From contig NC_043005.1 of the NCBI RefSeq assembly GCF_006345805.1, positions 4,278,001-4,342,000 on the forward strand: a stretch of DNA of 64,000 nucleotides. The letters are read 5' to 3'. Shown here piece after piece: positions 27,496-40,380 of the stretch. How positions within the stretch are numbered: the stretch's first letter is position 1; each line of letters opens with the position of its first letter. The translations under genes were made by a program, and so were the position numbers. The notes below the pieces were generated by a model. The model was not told the origin of the DNA and did not search any database. It saw only the letters and a program-made list of their open reading frames with translations. The DNA is from Octopus sinensis. Lineage: Eukaryota.

Positions 27496-28149
27496 TCTTA
27501 AAACTGGGTAATACATTAAGTGTACTAGTCAAAGAATGGCAATGTTCTTTCTTGTAGAATTCAATGCAGTTTCCACTTACCAAATTTCTTCCCAAGACAT
27601 GTGTCAGTGTGTGACTTTGGTCCTGTGTAATGAGATTGAACCTCAAATCACAGAGTTGCTAAGTAAATTTCTTAACCACACAACCATGCATCTATGTCTG
27701 ACCATTTGTCCGTCCATCCATCCATCCGTCTGTCTGTCTATCATTCATTCAAGCTATCATGTGGTGTATCCATGTATCATCTTTCTAACTACTTGCCTAC
27801 ACACATGCACATACATTGCCATGTCTGAAAAATGGAGAAATTTGATTTATATTCTGAGGGTGGTGCAGTGATTTAGGTTCTGTCTGCTATATCACATAAA
27901 GGGGTGGGATATTAGGAAGATATCACTGATCTTAACCATTTGTTATTGTATTTCTGTTTAAATACACTGCTTTTATTTCAGTTAATTTACAAAATAATGA
28001 AGAATTAGCTTCATCATTATCAAACTGGCGTTTGGAACATGAAATTTTGATGGAAGGTTTTCATGTAAATCTCTTTGAAACTAGGCATTTATCTCATAGA
28101 AGTGGTGGGTGGGGTGGCATGTTAGGCAGGTTGGTATCAAAAGAGTTAA

Positions 28150-28430
28150 GACCTGTATGAAAGTGTAAATGTGTCGAGAGAAAAAATACACGTAAGAGGC
28201 ATCAGATGTGTGTAAGAGAGAAGACTGTGCTGGTGTGGTCATGTGCTGAGTATGGATGAAGACAGCTGCATAAAGAATGTGGAGGGGAATCCATGGAAGA
28301 GGAAGATGGACAAAATAGGAGAAAGATTATGTTTAGATGTTGAGTTTCACAGAGGAGATGAGAAAGGATTGAGATAATTAGCAATTTTCTATGTTTACAA
28401 AGACCTGTTCAGCTAAGTAAAATAGAGGAC
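28150..28430 (+). mobile_element. RTE-clade LINE 3' end fragment
   Basis: Degenerate translation VRGIRCV*ERRLCWCGHVLSMDEDSCIK resembles the RTE C-terminal RRLRWYGHV.RM motif. Confidence 0.7.
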
Positions 28431-31400
28431 ACGGAGGCTTGTCCCTTCTGTCCATGCCCCATCCTCCACCCGAATTCACCACTCACTGTATTCCCTTGCA
28501 CACAATGTCCCTCTATTAAATCTCTTCCCCACAACATAACCCCTGACCCTAACACCAAGGTTCAAAATGGTACCAAATTCTATCAGTAGACAAACTGTAT
28601 GAAGGTTCTTTGATGTGATCTGTCCTGTGGCTCTCATCCGTACAGAAATAGTGGATTAGCCCTTTTTGTATGGTTTAATCTTGTGAAAAATATCCATTCC
28701 TTTTAATCTCCAAGGAATCTTTGAGCAAGAAAGAAAAAAAGATGTCTTGTTGGAGAAGATAATATTCATGAATCTTTATATGGATTAAATTTTGTTCAAC
28801 GATACAACCCAGAAAAAGAAACAAATAAAATTATTGGCTATTGTTTGTGCATAATGAGAATTTTCTGTGGTTGGTCAGTGATGCACACATTTGCATTGGA
28901 ATATGAAACAAACAAGAAGAAATTATTATTATTATTTAGAGTTCTTCTAAACTTATTGAATAGATACAAAGAGATTAATTAGACAGGTCCTACTGCCTTG
29001 TGAGATGCATAAAGCTGTGTGTGTGTAAAATCGTTGTGTTAGTTTAGTGAAGAGTAAAATACTGTCATGAAACCAGGATCTTCTACACTTGAAAATGTCA
29101 GTATTAGTCTGGAATCCAATGGTTTTGGTATCCCCCAGAACTTGGATTGAGTGCTTCATTTGGAATACCTATCTTTATACCCTACCATGACCTTATATAA
29201 AAGAACACAAATAGAGTTGTGTTCTTCTTTCATGCCTATGCTACACTTGGAGCCAACCCCAAGTCGGATCTATGGTCTATATTGGATTTGGTACCTATGT
29301 ATCTACATACCTGCAGTACTCTACCGACAGGTGACACCTAATGGTTGTTTTACTTTACTGTGATCTCAGTGTTGTTATGGTACCCAGCTAGTCCTGGCAT
29401 CCTATGAGTTGGTGTTCCTAGATTCTAATGAACCCTGAAACATATATGGGTGTCTGTCTGTGTGTATAAAACTATAAGCTTTTACGAGAGAAAGGTTGAC
29501 AGTAACTTCTAGCTTTCAGTTTGCTTTCCTTTGTCACAGTGTGACAAAGGAAAGCAAGACAAAACTTCAAAGTCACTCTCAGTATTTTCCCTGTAATGCT
29601 TTAATAAATAGAGACACAACTAAAAAACATTAAATAACCCTTCAGTTTAATGTTAAATTGATTTTATATATATATGGCTTGACCTAGAAACAAACATTAC
29701 TTTGTGTATATAAAATCTTTTACTTGTTTCACTCATTTGACTCCGGCCATGCTGGGGAATACACACATATCTGTGTGTGTCCTGTGTTTTTCTCTCTCTG
29801 GTATTAAGCAGATTTACCTCCAAATAGGTTTAACCTGATAATTTTTCTTCAGGTGATCCAGTGTTCTACTTATTACTACTAAAACATTGAAGTGGGTGAT
29901 GGGGGGGGGGAACACTTTAGTCTCCTCTGAACTTTATTTATTTTTCTTAGTAGTGGTGGTGGTAGTGGGGGGAGGGCAGAAGATATCAAAGGTAAATTCA
30001 TAGCATCACCATCATCATCATCATTGCTTTCACGGTTTTATTACTTATACTATTACTTCTTGTGTTATCGCAACTATTCCCAACACTATTGTCACCACAA
30101 ACAAAAAGCTTCTTATTTTGTCCCCTGTTAGCTGTGATCAACCAAGCTTGTCATCAAAGGTGTTCCGGCCTTGACTATCCTTCCTTTTTCGCAACCATTG
30201 TTTAATGGTCATTATTAGATCATCATTGCACTTCCACATTTTTTTTTAAGCCAATCGGATGTGATTTGAGAAGACTTGGTTGCTAGTTCTACCAGATCAA
30301 ACACTTACAAAAAGGCTTCTTCATTACACTTGTATTTAATTGGCATATCAATTAGTGCTACAAATAAACTTTATAATTCTTGAAGAAAAAAGAAAACTGG
30401 TCTCAGATCAAGAATGAAAGGTTTAGGGTTGTTGCCAAATAAAATTCCAGTTGAAAGGTTTGTCCTGATTTCACCCAACTGGTTTATCTTAACCAATATT
30501 TCCAGGCCATTTTAATTCATTTGCTCCACTAATAATCTTGAGAACATTTTCAACACACAGTTTCATTCACTATCCTTTTACAAAGATAATGGCTTTCTCT
30601 ATATGTAATAGAAAAGAAAACCCCACAGTATTTGCATTAATTGCTAACCTTTTGACACCAACCCACCTAAAACTGTCCCTCATTCTTTGATACAAACTTC
30701 TTGTTTTAAAATTACCTAAATTAGAATTATCAAAATTTCTTGTTAATTTATGTTTGAAACACTTGTTTAATGACAGTGTTTTTAGTAAATTAATTTCAAA
30801 GTTAATTGAAACAAAGGTAGTATATTTCAGCAGAAATATGGTAACAAAGGTTTTCTATAATCATAATAAAAAATGGTGATTTGGAGGCGAAATGCATGAG
30901 ATGCTGTATTGCATTGTTCAAATGTTGCCATTCACTTTATTGTATGTTAGTCAAGGTACATTATTTTCCCTGATTTTTGTCAGCCTTCTTTATGATTGAA
31001 CAGATAGAATTAGAAAAAGCCATCCAACTGTGAATCATTTGTTTCTATAATTTATATCAATGAGGAAAGAGAATTGGCTTTAAAATTTCAAATCCCTCTT
31101 GGTCAGTCATAGTATTAGTGAGGCTTGAATAGTTATTCGATCGTTAACCCTTTTGTTACCGTGTCCCTGTTGAAATATATTTTGTTTCATTTAAGTTTGA
31201 AAATAATGAAGAATTGGAATCAAATAACTTTGTCCCTGTTCAGCTGATATTTGGAACATAAATTAATATGGAACTTGATGGGAAGTTTTAAATTTAGATC
31301 ATTTTTAAACATTTTGTATCATAGAACCAAGGGAGGAAGTCCCAGGCAGTTGGTATCAGAAATTGAATGATGCCATCTGGAATTTAGTGTGGTTAAGTAA

Positions 31401-32449
31401 AAAGTGACTGGATGGTCATGGCTGGGATACCTTTGAACATAAGTCTCCTCAACCCTTTTGCTATCATGTTTATGTTGAAATGCATTATTGCCTTCGTTTC
31501 AATTTGGAAATTAATGAAGAATTTAGTAAAAATAACTCTGCCATTATTAAGGTGATATTTGAAGCATAAACTGAAAAGGAATTTTAATGGAAGGTATTGA
31601 GCATCAAAACTCTAATTAGAAATAATTATACAATGAGGAGGAATGTGGTAGCAAATCGGCTGAGTTGGCAGAACATCAGCTGCATTGTCTTGCAGTATTT
31701 ATTCCGACTTCCTGTACTCTGTGTTTAAATCTGACAAGGACAACTTTGCCTTCTTTCCATTTGAGGCTGATAAATAAACCAATCCAGGTCGATGGATTGG
31801 TTCCAATATTAGAGTGCCAGGGAAGGGCTTTGCTTATCTGTTTCAACTCTGTGCTTTCTGAGTTCAGATTCTACCAAGATGCTTATAACCAAGTTAAATC
31901 AATCACCTCACCATGACAAGAGCCCCACTTCTAACCCTTAATTAGCCTAGCTTTGGCAGTCAGGCCTGAAATTTGCATGGATGCCTGAGTCTTTGTCTGA
32001 CAAAGGGATCAAAAACTGACTGACTGAAGCTACAACATTACTGCAGTGACAATATTTTAACTATCATCATCTTAACATCCACATTTCCATGGCTCAGGTG
32101 GAATTTTCTCAAGGCAGATTTTTTACAGCCAGATGCTCTTCTTGTCACCAGTTCTCACCTGTTTCCAGGTAAGCTAATATTTCCTCATGACCAGACATAT
32201 TTTCACAGAGCATTGAAAACAAATGACACCACTTGTATGGTGGTGGCACTTGCTAACAACTCATGTGGTGTCCAGTCAGACGCACGCACGCTCTCACACA
32301 CACACATACAACTGGCTTCTTTCAGTTTCCATCTGCTAAATCCATTCACAGGATTTCGGTTGACCTGAGGCTGTAGTAGATGACACTTGTCCAAGTTGCC
32401 TTTTAATGGGATTGAACTTAAAACCTTGTGGCACAAGCTCAGCAATTTG

Positions 32450-33600
32450 AGGGGAAGGATTAAGTCTGTGTCATCAACTCCATTTCTTAATTGGTGATTA
32501 TTTTATTGACCCTGAAAGGTTGTATGGTAAAGTTCACCTCAGCAGGTTTGAACCTGGAATGCAAAGCCAGAAGAAATGCTGTTAGACATTTTGTCAGGTT
32601 TCAAATTTTGCCACAAGGTCAGCCATTTTGGGGAAGGGGATAAGTCGATTATATCAACCCCAATGTTTCACTGGTGCTTAATTTATTGGCCCCAAAAAGG
32701 TGAAAGGCAAAGTTGACCTCGGCAGAATTTGAACTCAAAATGTGAAGACAGACAAAATACCGCTAAGCATTTCACCTGGTGTGCTAACGATTCTACCAGC
32801 TCGCCACCTTTATGATTTCGAATTTTGCCACAAGGCAAAATAATGGGATGATCAGGTTATAGGTTTGTTCATTATAGGTTTGTTCAGCAAGAGCTGACAC
32901 GGGGCTAAACAACAAGACATTGGCCTGGCATCAGTTATTGATGCTGGGCAAGGTGGACTTTCTTTCTCTTCTTTGTAGACAACTCTTGGATGATTCACAG
33001 CAATCTGGAGAAAGGGGACGAGTTGATTACATCGACCCCTCCCCTCCCCCTCACGTATTCAACTGATACTTGATTTATCAACTTGAGCAGAATTTGAACT
33101 CATAACGTAGTGGCAGATGAAATACTGCTAAGCATTTTGTCCAGCACGCTAACTATTCTGCCAGTCTGCTGCCATAATAATAATAATAATAATAATAATG
33201 TTTTTTTTATTTAGGCCCAAAGCCGATGATTTTGAAAGTAGAGTGTAGTAGACAAATCCATTAACCCCAGTACTTGAATTTATTTTATCAGCCCCTGGGA
33301 GATGAAAGTTGACCTTGGCAAGATTTGAACTTGGAAAGTAGAAAATAATTTTTCCTGGTACGCTAACATTTCTGCTAGCTCAACTCTAATAATAATAATA
33401 GTAATAATCATAATAATAATTTAAAATTTTGACCCAAGGGCAGCAATTTTGAGAGAGGGTGGTAGGGGGCAAGTCAAATACATCACCCTTAGTGCTTAAC
33501 TGCTGCAATTAAGTACCAAAAGAATGAAAGACAAAATCAACCCTGGTGACATTTGAATGTAAAAAGTGAGAAGAAATACTACTAAACATTTTGTCCGATG
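32450..33600 (-). repeat. Head-to-tail array of about 5-6 family B SINEs (minus strand)
   Basis: Repeated aaaggcaaagttgacc...gaatttgaactc units separated by (AAT)n. Similar minus arrays lie at 13790-14385 and 16620-17220. Confidence 0.75.
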
Positions 33601-35038
33601 GGTTAAAGATTCTGCCTGTTTACAACCTAATATTGACAATAATAATAATAGTGATAATAATATATTAAGTAATCATTGTGATCAATTTGGTATGGCGTCA
33701 GTTTTTTGGCTGGGAAGTTTAGTGTTCTCTGTTCTATCCTTCAGTCAGAGCTGTATCTCGCAACCAACTTTAGCTGTCAACAATGCAAGTAAGACTGGTA
33801 GGAAAATAATTTGGTTGCAGGGTACCAAAATAATTGGCAATTATCGTTGTCCAGTTTATAGCTTTGTATTGTCCAGTTCAGATCTTTTTTTCCTTTTCAT
33901 TACATGTGAACAAATGATCAAGTGAATGAGTGAATGAATGAATGAGGGAATGAGTGAATGAATGAATGGAGAAGGAATGTATTTTTTTTCTTTTTTTTTT
34001 TTTTTTGCTTCCTGAAACAGAAATGAAAATTTTAATTAGAATATGATGATAATTATCAATCAGTATATCAGCATGGATGTTTTCATTGTCGAGTTGGTTG
34101 TTGTGCAATAAGTCAAAACTTCAGGAAATTTCGCACCGGCCACTTTAATTGAGCCTGTTGAGTTGTGTTTATTACACGAGTGGTGAGTAGCTGTAACAAC
34201 GAATGTGTAAGCCACCCCTTATAGGTAGGCGGCCACAAATAACCAGATAGCTGCATCACTGCCATATTGATTAAGCTATTGACGTTAAATGTCTCTCTTC
34301 TTTCTTCTTTCACTCTCTCTCTCTCTCTTTGTCTCTCTATCTCTGTCTCTGTTAATCTCCGGTGAATAGATTTCTGGTGATTGCATGAAGAGAGAAAAAC
34401 AAATATATCAACTACGTAATACAATGTTAAGATCTACCCAGTGTAGACTAATATAGACTAATATATAGATATTCATATATTTATATTTATTTTACAACAG
34501 CCGGTCTGCTCGGCTATTACACACATCTATGAATCTACTGTTTCTTTGTCAATCTTTCTTTCTTTCTTTCCTATAGCTTCTAGAAATATCTATAATCTTC
34601 AAGTGAAACTGAATCTTCAATATTTATTTTAGAATTTCTGAAATATTTATTGTTTCTTCCTTTTCTTTAACTGTCTTGAAAATGAAAACAAAACTGTCCT
34701 TTACAAGTGATTTTTAAAATATTATTGGAAAAAACCAATCGCTGTTCTATAATAGTGATTGACTGGTAATGTTATGTATTTTCTCTCCGTTATCGCCAAT
34801 GTTTAACATCAGTTTCTTCCACAAAATATTTTTCCATGTCTGTTGAATATCGACATTTCCAAAACCTGTCAGTTATGCATTTTTTCCTAGTTGAATATTT
34901 ATTTATATATTTGAAACACATATGGGATAAGAAAATGTATTTTGGTTAATTTGCATAACACATGCAATTTTATTTTTTAAAATCTTCTTTTAATCAATCA
35001 ATTTAAAACAAAATAAAACAAAAAACAAACAATAACAA

Positions 35039-35368
35039 ATGTCCAGATCATCTTTCTGGAAAGTCCTTAGACAAGCTCGGTCTCTTAGTCCAAGACCAAT
35101 CTCCAAAGCTGCTTCTAAAACTGAAGAAACTAAAGAATCTGATTCTGATAACACTACTAATTATATTCCGATATGGAGATCCAACCATTTGGACCAATGT
35201 CACCTCTTGCCTTCTTCACAAACACTGGGACCTTTACACCATTGTGATGAGTGTGGATCTCTTAGTTATTGTGATCATAAAATGTGCCAAATTAGTCCGA
35301 CAATAAAAGTCAACCCCTGGAAGACTTTACAGCCATATGTTACCTTTAAAAGTTGCTGCCAGAGTTTG
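35039..35368 (+). CDS. Candidate alternative first coding exon (110 aa) for a CH1-less spectraplakin isoform
   Basis: A/C-rich leader ...aacaataacaaATG with an in-frame TAA at -6. The 110 codons are non-repetitive and end TTG|gtaaga, a phase-0 donor matching the acceptor at 40381. Inr-like TCAGTT occurs at 34809 and 34869. Confidence 0.65.
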
Positions 35369-37439
35369 GTAAGAAAATAATTTCATTCTGTTCTATTATT
35401 ATCATTCTGTCTCTTTCCCCTCCCCACTTTCTCTCTCCCCCACTCTGTCTGTCTGTGACTGTTTGTTTGTGTCTGTCTGTCTGTGTCTGTCTGTCTCTCT
35501 CTCTCTCTGTATTCCAATATTATGTCGCAGCAACTGGCTCCCCCCCACCCCATCAAATGCTGCTCTACCCTAGACCTCCTCTACTTCACCAGTTCTATTT
35601 TCACTACAACATCAACCCCCTCCTACCCCCTCTCCTGTCTCCCCCCCCCTGCATCTTTCCAGTCTCTTACCACCTACACTCCTTACATCCTTCATCCTAA
35701 TCACTGTTTAATCCTTCTTCCCTATGGCTTCATCCATCTGTTGGCAACACAACCTCCCCATACCTTAACTTAATCGAACATTGACAACACATAACCCTAG
35801 CTAGCCATAGATGTTCTGAGTTCAAACTTCACCAAGGGGGACTCTACATTTCATTCTCCCAGGTTGCAGTGGTGTTGGGGGGGTGAAATCTAACAATAGC
35901 ATTAACAATTAACATGCTCTAGTAATTGCCATGGAAAAAGCAAAATGACCCTTACCCCCACCAGCTGCTGTGGCTGTAACCTTGTGCTGCCACCTTGTGG
36001 GGTTTAGGGTATTCCGTTCAATACCCAGTGGTGTATTCTTTCCTTGAGCAAGATACTTTCTTCCACGTTGCTCCAGTTCACTCAGCTGGCAAAAATACAT
36101 TGTAGCTGTAATTCGAAAGGATCTGTGTCATGCTGAATCTCCTTGAGAACTACGTTAAGGGTCCACGGGGCTGTGGAATGTTCGGCCATTTGCATGTTAA
36201 TTTCACAAGCAGGCTGTTCCGCTGAATGGATCAGCTGGAACACTAGTCTCGTAGTCACTGACAGTGCCAGTTTTTTTATAACCTTGTATGTCTGTTATTA
36301 AATCCTTATTTACTTTCACCTGAGCAGTTAGCCAGCCTTGGTGGAATTTTGTTTCGCTTTCTCTTTCTCTGCCCCACCCCCTCTCATTCTCAACTTACAT
36401 TGATTAAACACAAACGCTCACATTATTGGGCCATCACAAAAAAAAAGAAGGAAAGAAAATCCCCAGCTGTCTGAGCCAGCTGGTAACATGTGCATATTTG
36501 TGTGTGTGTGTGTGTGTGTGTCGTCGTCATTTAATCATGATTATCGTTTTCCATGTTGGCATGGGTTGGATGGTTCAGCAGGGACTGGCAAATCAAAAGG
36601 CTTCACCTTAGCTGTGTTTGTATTTATGCATATCTGTGCTTGTGTATGTGTCCCAGATCAAATGTAGCCGCAGTTCATATTTCATCATCATCATCATTTG
36701 ATGTCTGTTTTCCATGGTAGCATGGGTTGGACAGTTTGACTGGTGTCTGGGAAGCCAGGAGGCTGCACCAGGCTCCAGTCTGATCTGGCAGTGTTTCTAC
36801 AGCTGGATGCCCTTCCTAACGCCAACTACTCCAAGAGTGTAGTGGGTGCTTTTTATGTGCCAACGGCACAGGGGCCAAAGAGGGCTGGCAACGACCTTGA
36901 TCGTCAAGGCGGCGCTGGCATTGCCCACGTTCGGATGGTGCTTTTTATGTCCCACCGGTATATAACATCTAACATCATGACTGCCACTTTAGGCAAGAAA
37001 AGGCATAAACATCACTACTTCCCCTGTGTACCCCTGCACATCTCAGTTTCAAAATAACTTTAGTTTTTGCCATTGTCACATTACATTTAAGAGGATTACT
37101 ACATTACTGTGAGGGGGTGGGGTGAGGGGCTTGTGTTTTATTATTTATTTTATTATTTTACTTTATTTTTTTTTCAATTGTTATATTTGAGGATGGTCAT
37201 ATTTTGCCAATTAAACACACACACACACACACACACTACATTTAGCCGTTATTATTATTATTATTATTATCATTATTATATCAAAGCTCTTTCTTTGTGC
37301 GTCCTGTGACATCTTCTGTGCCTCCTCTTGTTCTTATTCCGTTCTCAACCCACAATTTCACACCAATTGCGAAACAAATACATATTTTTTGTTTGTTTGT
37401 TCCTCTAAGCATGAAACTTAAAAGTTCTCATGAAGTTGA

Positions 37440-37845
37440 GTGATGGGGGGGGGGGGTAAATAGTTCACCAGCATTTAACAGCAATGCCAGGAAAGAGAAG
37501 CCAGCACCACCACCATCATTGTTGTCATTGCAATTGCCTTTGTCTTCATCCTTTACAACCACTTCCACAAGCATCATAAGCATTTCATCATCGTCCTTTG
37601 TGATCGCCAGCACCACCACCACCACCACCACATTCTCCATCATTAACAGAACCATCGTTGCCATTTCATCCTCATTATCATCAGCATCACTGGTAGAAAC
37701 ATCATTATCATTTCATCACTAAACATTACCACCACCACCACCGTAGTTATCATTCCCAGCATCAGCACTATCAGAAATGTCCTGACCATTTCACCCCCCC
37801 CATCACCACCACATCACCACCACCATCATCATCATCATCATATTT
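37440..37845. repeat. Degenerate (ATC/ACC)n low-complexity tract
   Basis: cat/cac trinucleotide-rich sequence. Confidence 0.8.
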
Positions 37846-38132
37846 TTCTCATTCTCAGATGCGTTTGATAAAATAAGAGGAAAATTATCAAACATGTTTT
37901 AAGTTAATTTCAACCACTTTTTTTTTTGGGTGGGAAGCAAGATTTTATTTTTAACCTTTTCTTTCTTTTTTCTTTCAACTACTTTTGATTTATCTTACGT
38001 GACATTAGAGTTCAGGTTTAAAGTTCGGTGTTTCTTGTTTGTAATTTTTATATATTTTTTTAAAATCTGGTGTCCTGTTGGAGGAGTTCCAAATTAGAAC
38101 TAATATATATATACATACACTATGTATACACA

Positions 38133-38190
<58 letters not shown>

Positions 38191-40380
38191 CTACACACAC
38201 AATCACACATTGTTCACTGAGCTTTATATATATACACACAATCACACATATATTGTTTATTGAGCTTTATATATATAAATAAGGTATTAGATGATGTAAG
38301 CCATTTAGTATAAGGTCATGAGAAAGAGACAGCGTAAAGCATTCCAGGATCGATGAAATAAAGTACCAGCCAAATACTGGAAAGGGTGTTGTTTATGTTA
38401 TCAACTTGACACCTCCCCCTCAAATTGAGGACCTTTCTGCCTAAATTCAACACAGTTTTCATCTGGTGATGGGTGTTGGTGGTTGGTCGCATTTGTTTTT
38501 TGCTTTATTTTTAAAGGTTTTCCATTTATATTTTTGCCTCCTGTTCTACATAAAAACTACGATTAACTATATCACGTTCGTTAGTCCAAGGCCTTAAGTT
38601 AATCTTGTAATTTTAGAAATAAGAAGATGAGTTGATTTTTATAAAGGTTAATGAATACGAGATGTCTGAGTAAATGATGTAGATGGTTTTGGTTTGCATA
38701 ACAACCGTCTGTCTGTGTATTGAGACATACATTTAGGCTGACGTACTATCGTAGTCTGCTTTCTTTGTGCTGTTGATAACACAAGGGATTGGATTGTAAA
38801 TAAAGGAACGGAATTGAAAGACTAACATGTAGTTTGCTAGCATTAAAGTTTTAAGTTTCAAATCTTGCCACACTTGAATTGACCTTTAATACATTTGGGT
38901 ATAATAAAGAAGTTACTTTAGTAGCATATTCAGACTTTTGTTACCATATTTCTGTTATTAATTCACTTTGTTTCAGTTAATTTTGAAAGTAACAGAGAAT
39001 GGAATAAAATAATTTTCCATTATTAAGCTGGTGAAGCACGACGTTTGAACATTGGTCCTCACTGAGGTGATGACAGGTGACCCCTTGGGAGAAATGCTGT
39101 GCTTGAGAAGACCTAGCAAGCCAAGTGAGACCATAACTGTGGCCTATGCTAGTGCAGCATAACCAACCCATTTAAGAGTACTCTTCAATCATTGGGCAAT
39201 AAACTGCACTTGCAAAAACCTCTTGAGGCAAGTGAAGTCATCATTGTGGTCAATGACAGTACCGCATGATTGGCACCCATGCCAGTGGCACGTGGAAAGC
39301 ACCATTCAAGCATGGTTGATGCTAGTATTGCCTGACTGGTCCTGTGCTGGTGGCACGTAAAAAGCATCATTCAAGCATGATTGTTGCCAGTGCCGCCTGA
39401 CTGGCTCTTGTGCCGGTGGCACTTAAAAAGCTGAATTTACCAATTACAAACCAACAAAATTCTCTGTAGTGCTTTTTACTGATGTGAATTTTCTACCACT
39501 GACGGTACCTACACCGAGTAAAGCAGACCTGATTTAAGTTCCTTGTCTATGGCACCATTTCTCAACAATGGAAACTTTACAATTGTTTAAATCAGTTGAC
39601 GAATCTAGAGAATATTAATAAATGATTAAATAAGATCTTCATGAACCGAGGAGGTGAGGTGGGGGGGGGGGTAATAAATTTGATAATATTTTTTTTTTCT
39701 TTTTTTACTAACCACCAGCATGTTTAGATGTTTTATTACAAAGAGTTTTTATTACTGGTCAGTTTGACCAGAGTGATTGCAACTTCACAAGAATCTTTGT
39801 TGCAATGCCAGTATAACTTCCTTGTAATTTCACACACACACAATCATACCCATGCGTGCACCATGTTACTTTAGGCTTGTGGGTCAAGTGCTTAATAAGT
39901 TTTATAAGTTTTAAATTATGAAATCAAATCTGGTTGTGACTTACTTTACTTTTTATCACTCTGTTATAATTAAAATAATTATTAATTTTCTAGAGCCATT
40001 TCATTTTACTGGACTTTTCAAGTTTACAGAAGCTAGCCTTCTGTCACTGAATAATAATTTGTTAATATTTCTTTCGTCACCAGAACTTGTTAAATCCAAC
40101 ATTAATGAACATTACAGCAACTTTTCTGTTCTCTATAAAGTCTAAGCCTTGTTTTTACAAGTCGGTATTTCCCTTATTCTGGCCTTTGTCCCCTCTTCTA
40201 TTTCATAAAGGAAGCTAATTAATCCAATATAAAAATGTTATGTTTGCAGAAGGGATAGAGTAACATTGCTGTTTTCCTTCAAACAGTAGAGAGACTTTAA
40301 AATGGCAAAGACAGAGAATTGCTTTATTATTTTACATCAATGAAATATTCTCAATATTTTTTTCTTTTTCTTTTCTCTAG

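Noticed and set aside
37428-37722. ORFs rich in M/V/D or T/S/I
   Set aside because: Trinucleotide low-complexity tract with no splice or start evidence.
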